Assembly: GCA_964454865.1 (NCBI GenBank)
Contig: CAYVTQ010000001.1
Span: 3,554 to 67,553, forward strand
Direction: 5' to 3'
DNA: 64,000 nucleotides
Origin: an uncultured Methanosarcinales archaeon
GTDB taxonomy: Archaea > Nanobdellota > Nanobdellia > Woesearchaeales > GW2011-AR4
The notes beneath the pieces are model-generated. The model was given only the letters and a program-made list of their open reading frames with translations. It searched no databases and was not told the DNA's origin. The translations under genes were made by a program, and so were the position numbers. This document shows, in pieces, positions 60,368 through 64,000 of this stretch. The first letter of the stretch is position 1. Each line of letters begins with the position of its first letter.

Positions 60368-60419
60368 AATAGGGATTAGAGCTACTTTCTTTTATTTATA
60401 AATATTTGTTGATAACTCT

Positions 60420-60587
60420 TTACATCATCATCAAATCATTGTAGTTAGAAGTCCACATCGTGCAGTGTTTCTTGCCTTCCCAGTAATAATAGCACTGCCT
60501 GCCGAATTTCTCCCATCTTACGCAGCCCTGGCAGCATAAAGGCACATTGCTTTTCTCAGCTTTATGCTCTGTCGCTTGCTCTTCCAT
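60420..60587 (-). CDS. small Cys-rich protein, 55 aa, not in ORF track
   Basis: Hand translation MEEQATEHKAEKSNVPLCCQGCVRWEKFGRQCYYYWEGKKHCTMWTSNYNDLMMM; starts 10 nt after the top6A stop with AGGA upstream. Confidence 0.7.
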   Translation of the reverse strand: MEEQATEHKAEKSNVPLCCQGCVRWEKFGRQCYYYWEGKKHCTMWTSNYNDLMMM

Positions 60588-60596
60588 TTTGTCCTG

Positions 60597-61685
60597 CTAA
60601 TCCAAAAAGTCCTGCTTCTTGATTTTCTCAGGCAGGTACTTCTCCGATATAAATGTTATTCCCTTGGATGACAATGCCTGTATTTCAAGCTTTGCGCCAA
60701 AATCCTTCATCATCTTGAATTGCCTTTGCCACCCCTTGTTCTTCTCAAACCACTCGTACTCCGCAAGCTGCTTGAGCCTTGTCAGGTCGACATCCTTGAA
60801 CTTGATAAAATGTTTTTTCAGGTCATAGTTGTTTGCGTCATCCGCAGTTATGCCCAGGAACCTGGCATTCTGCAAGGTCATTGTGCCGGACATATGCGCC
60901 AGATTGATCGAGCCGAACTTCAGGACAGAATAGATATAGAACCCCCACGGATCAAAGTCTGCCAGAACATAGATCGGCAGATTGTGCTCGTCATTCAGCC
61001 TCTGCAACAGCCTTCTTATCCCTCTTGTCGTCTGCCCCTGCGATGTCACAATAAGGCAGTTCTGCTTCTCCCAGAATTTGTCCTCGTGCAGCCTCTCCCA
61101 GACAGCCTGCTTCTCCATATAGATGACATATTTTGCCTTTACGCTTTTAAACTCAATTTCCTCTACATTGGAGGGGATGCTCCACCCGCCGCTTCCCAAT
61201 TTTGCCCAGTTTATGCTGTCTCCGGAGTCTTCAATGACTACATTGCCCGCAACAGAGCCCATCTTATTTGCATTAATGTGTATCTGCTCTCTTGACAGGT
61301 CAGTTATCAGCTCTAGATCTTCAATTGCCTTGTCGCTCTCCACCTGATCATCAACTATGTTTATGTTTGAGCCGTGAATGGTCCTTTTTGCCATGTAGAA
61401 AACATCTCTTAAGCTTGCGTGCTTGTCTGCATCGAGAAGAGTCTTGCTCACCTTGGCTATCTCCAATGTCTGGAGGAACTTTTTAGCGTGCCCTACATTA
61501 AAGAATGACCTCTGCTGCTGCTTATTTCCCAAGCTTAAAGTTTTGCTCTTTGTGTCAAAAACGACGTTTGAAAGGCTTCTAAGGCTGAACTCTATTGTAG
61601 GGTTTTTGCCCTTGCTTATCTGCTGGACAAGCCCCTTTCCGAATTCCTCGAGCTGCTTGTCAGCCTTTTGAGTTTTCTTCTTCAT
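60597..61685 (-). CDS. top6A: DNA topoisomerase VI subunit A
   Basis: SLRDVFY catalytic Tyr, EK, DFDPWG TOPRIM, K.EIQAL. Confidence 0.95.
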   Translation of the reverse strand: MKKKTQKADKQLEEFGKGLVQQISKGKNPTIEFSLRSLSNVVFDTKSKTLSLGNKQQQRSFFNVGHAKKFLQTLEIAKVSKTLLDADKHASLRDVFYMAKRTIHGSNINIVDDQVESDKAIEDLELITDLSREQIHINANKMGSVAGNVVIEDSGDSINWAKLGSGGWSIPSNVEEIEFKSVKAKYVIYMEKQAVWERLHEDKFWEKQNCLIVTSQGQTTRGIRRLLQRLNDEHNLPIYVLADFDPWGFYIYSVLKFGSINLAHMSGTMTLQNARFLGITADDANNYDLKKHFIKFKDVDLTRLKQLAEYEWFEKNKGWQRQFKMMKDFGAKLEIQALSSKGITFISEKYLPEKIKKQDFLD

Positions 61686-63306
61686 TTTCGCTTCCTTCTT
61701 CCTTGCTGTCAAATTTCATCCTGTAAAGGTCGTCATCTCCGGTATCCGACTCTATCTCGCTCTTTATTTCAGGTTTTACAAGCATCTTTTTAAGTCCTTC
61801 CAAAACCTTTTCCTTGTCTGCCCCTGCCAAAACAGCCAGCGAATCAGCAACTTCCGGAATATACTTTTCAAACATATTGGCCCTTTCCATCTGGCTGTGG
61901 ATTCTGGTTTTCTTCCTCACATAAGCCCCAAGATGCCTGCCGCACTCCTGCAGCGCAAGCTTGACTTCCTTCATTATCTCTGCATAATGCGCAATCGCTT
62001 CCTTGCTTTCGCTTGTGAAAGGGACCCATACAGAAGACATATGGATGAGGATTACAGCAGGCCCTACAGGAACAGAGTCTCCAGACTGCTGCAGGCCGTA
62101 AGGCTTCCAGTTATTCTCCATGAGGGATTTGGTCATTGAGCAGGCGCCTTCCTGATACAGCAAAGGCACCCTGTTTGCAAATCTCAGGATCACTGCCTTT
62201 TCATCTTTGGGTATTTCGCCGCCATAGGCAACGCCGGCTTCTATAACAAATGGATTGCCCCTGTAAACTGCAGGGGGCCTTGACTTTGCGCAATAAAACT
62301 CAGCCTTTATTTCCTTCCTTAACCCTTTCTCGAGCAATTCTTCCCCTATCGGGCTTAAGCAGTCTGTCGGCGGAGCTATAAGCTTTGTCTTTTGTATTCC
62401 CTGTATGAGCTTTTCCGCCAAATCCCTTGTTATCTGGCTTGGCTTTGTATCGGGCTTTACCCCAGCATTAATGCAGACTTCCTTTGCCGTCTCATTCCCC
62501 ACTCTTGAGAATTCCGAAGTCAGGAAGCTTTGGAGCGTCCTGGATGAAGTTGCAGCAAGCATATTGATGAGCATTCCCAATTCCACCCCGTAAGGATGCG
62601 GCTTTATCGGCTTCGGCTTCCTTGGCATCTGGTCGACTGCTCTTGCATAGATAGTCTGCTCTGCCTTCGGGTTTGTATAGACAATGGTGACATGGGGGTT
62701 TATGACTGCCGTCTGCTTTAGGTACTCATCAACGGACTGCCTGCCCTTCAGGTACTCAGCTTCCAAATCCAGCTCTACTTTTGTGCCATGATCTTTTTTC
62801 CACTCAACAGTCTCCTCCTTGGTGATCTTCGGCTGGTTTTTCTGCGTGTCGATATTAAGCTCGTAATAATTTGCCGGATGCTTCGGAGAAATCTTTGATG
62901 TTATCCTTGCAGGTGTTCCTACAGTAAGCTGGGAGTAAAGGACTGCAGCGCTGATGCCTATCCCCTGCTGCCCGCGCGACTGCTTCATGGTGTGGAACTT
63001 GCTTCCATAAAGAAGCTTTGCAAAGATGTTGGGGATTTGGTTTTTTACTATGCCGGGGCCGTTGTCCTCGATTACAACACGGTACTTAAACTCGCTGAGC
63101 TGTATGATCTCCACCTGTATTTCAGGCAGCATATCCCCTTCCTCGCAGGCATCCAGTGAGTTGTCAACTGCCTCCTTTATAGCCATGAGCAGTGCCTTTC
63201 TTTTGCTGTCGAAACCCAAAAGGTGCCTGTTCTTTGTAAAGAACTCTGCAACAGAAATCTCTTTCTGCCTTCTTGCCAATTCATGCGCTATTGTTTCTTC
63301 CGGCAT
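61660..63306 (-). CDS. top6B: DNA topoisomerase VI subunit B
   Basis: [31 protein letters not shown]. Confidence 0.97.
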   Translation of the reverse strand: MPEETIAHELARRQKEISVAEFFTKNRHLLGFDSKRKALLMAIKEAVDNSLDACEEGDMLPEIQVEIIQLSEFKYRVVIEDNGPGIVKNQIPNIFAKLLYGSKFHTMKQSRGQQGIGISAAVLYSQLTVGTPARITSKISPKHPANYYELNIDTQKNQPKITKEETVEWKKDHGTKVELDLEAEYLKGRQSVDEYLKQTAVINPHVTIVYTNPKAEQTIYARAVDQMPRKPKPIKPHPYGVELGMLINMLAATSSRTLQSFLTSEFSRVGNETAKEVCINAGVKPDTKPSQITRDLAEKLIQGIQKTKLIAPPTDCLSPIGEELLEKGLRKEIKAEFYCAKSRPPAVYRGNPFVIEAGVAYGGEIPKDEKAVILRFANRVPLLYQEGACSMTKSLMENNWKPYGLQQSGDSVPVGPAVILIHMSSVWVPFTSESKEAIAHYAEIMKEVKLALQECGRHLGAYVRKKTRIHSQMERANMFEKYIPEVADSLAVLAGADKEKVLEGLKKMLVKPEIKSEIESDTGDDDLYRMKFDSKEEGSENEEENSKG

Positions 63307-63345
63307 CTTTTTGTCGTTTTTAAGCCTTCTTTTTATTTTTTTCTT

Positions 63346-63891
63346 TTAGATATCTATGAGCTTCCTTCTTTTCAGCTCCCTTCTCCTCTTTTCCAGCCAT
63401 TTGTATACGCTCGAGTGGGTGGAGCCCCTCAACAGCGCTTCAATGGCATGCCTTGCAGCAGCCACGTTTTCCGGCTGCCCGAGCATGCTTATTGTTTTTC
63501 CAAAAACAGAAATATACGCTTCAGTAAGCTCCTCAATAAGCTTCCTGGATTTGCCTTCCTTGCCTATTACCCTTCCCTTCAGCCTTAGCATAACATCCTT
63601 TGATTTGCCGGAATAATCCTGCATGTATACCATCTCAAAAACATAATCCTGCTTCAAAAGCAGCTGCGCAATCTCAGGGTTGAATCCTCTTCCGATGGCT
63701 TTTATTATCTCTCTTGCAGTATATAGCCCAAGCGCGTCTTTTCCAGATAGAAAGACATCTCCCTCCTTTGAATCAATTTCCAGCTTAGTGCCTGTAGCAG
63801 CCTCTAGCTCCCTCTTAATCACCCCCTCCTTGCCGATTAATACAGCAACCCTTGACTTGGGAATTCTAAGTTCGTATGAGAAGACTTCCAT
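63346..63891 (-). CDS. KH-domain RNA-processing protein (Dim2/Pno1-like)
   Basis: LIGKEG, AIGRGF, RLKGRVIGKEG, G..H..VY. Confidence 0.92.
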   Translation of the reverse strand: MEVFSYELRIPKSRVAVLIGKEGVIKRELEAATGTKLEIDSKEGDVFLSGKDALGLYTAREIIKAIGRGFNPEIAQLLLKQDYVFEMVYMQDYSGKSKDVMLRLKGRVIGKEGKSRKLIEELTEAYISVFGKTISMLGQPENVAAARHAIEALLRGSTHSSVYKWLEKRRRELKRRKLIDI

Positions 63892-64000
63892 ATTCTTTGA
63901 ATAAGGCGTTAATTTTTAAAGGTTTTTAATTGGTGGGGCTCTGTCCAGAATGTAGGTTAGCAGCATTAGGTCAAAGTTCCTTAGATTAATGTCATTAAGC

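Noticed and set aside
60133..60420. tRNA as an integration site of a provirus or island
   Set aside because: No integrase, and no duplicated tRNA 3' end seen elsewhere in the window.
63905..64000. Possible gene end at the right window edge
   Set aside because: Too little sequence to assign a frame or product.

Overview
Archaeal chromosome segment, most likely DPANN (Woesearchaeota-like). The lineage is inferred from topoisomerase VI A/B, AglB, Taw1, archaeal RibK/RibC, TrmI, an intron-containing tRNA and short AT-rich TATA-type intergenic regions. About 44 kb (8.6-52.3 kb) is a surface-glycan island centred on the oligosaccharyltransferase aglB. It holds many nucleotide-sugar enzymes, two heptose/octose-type modules, a split transketolase, seven methyltransferases, an SxtI/J/K-like carbamoylation unit, FkbH and an AAC(3)-family acyltransferase. 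Housekeeping genes flank it. The most unusual signal is non-coding: eight dispersed 105-300 bp elements with GGC...GCC-type ends, four of them with 9-bp target duplications. Their terminal inverted repeats differ between copies but are self-complementary within a copy. Their interiors are mosaics of shared hairpin modules that show compensatory base changes. A tRNA-Arg(UCU) with two non-canonical introns and several small unlisted ORFs were also read from the sequence. All protein calls come from motif recognition by eye; no database search was run.
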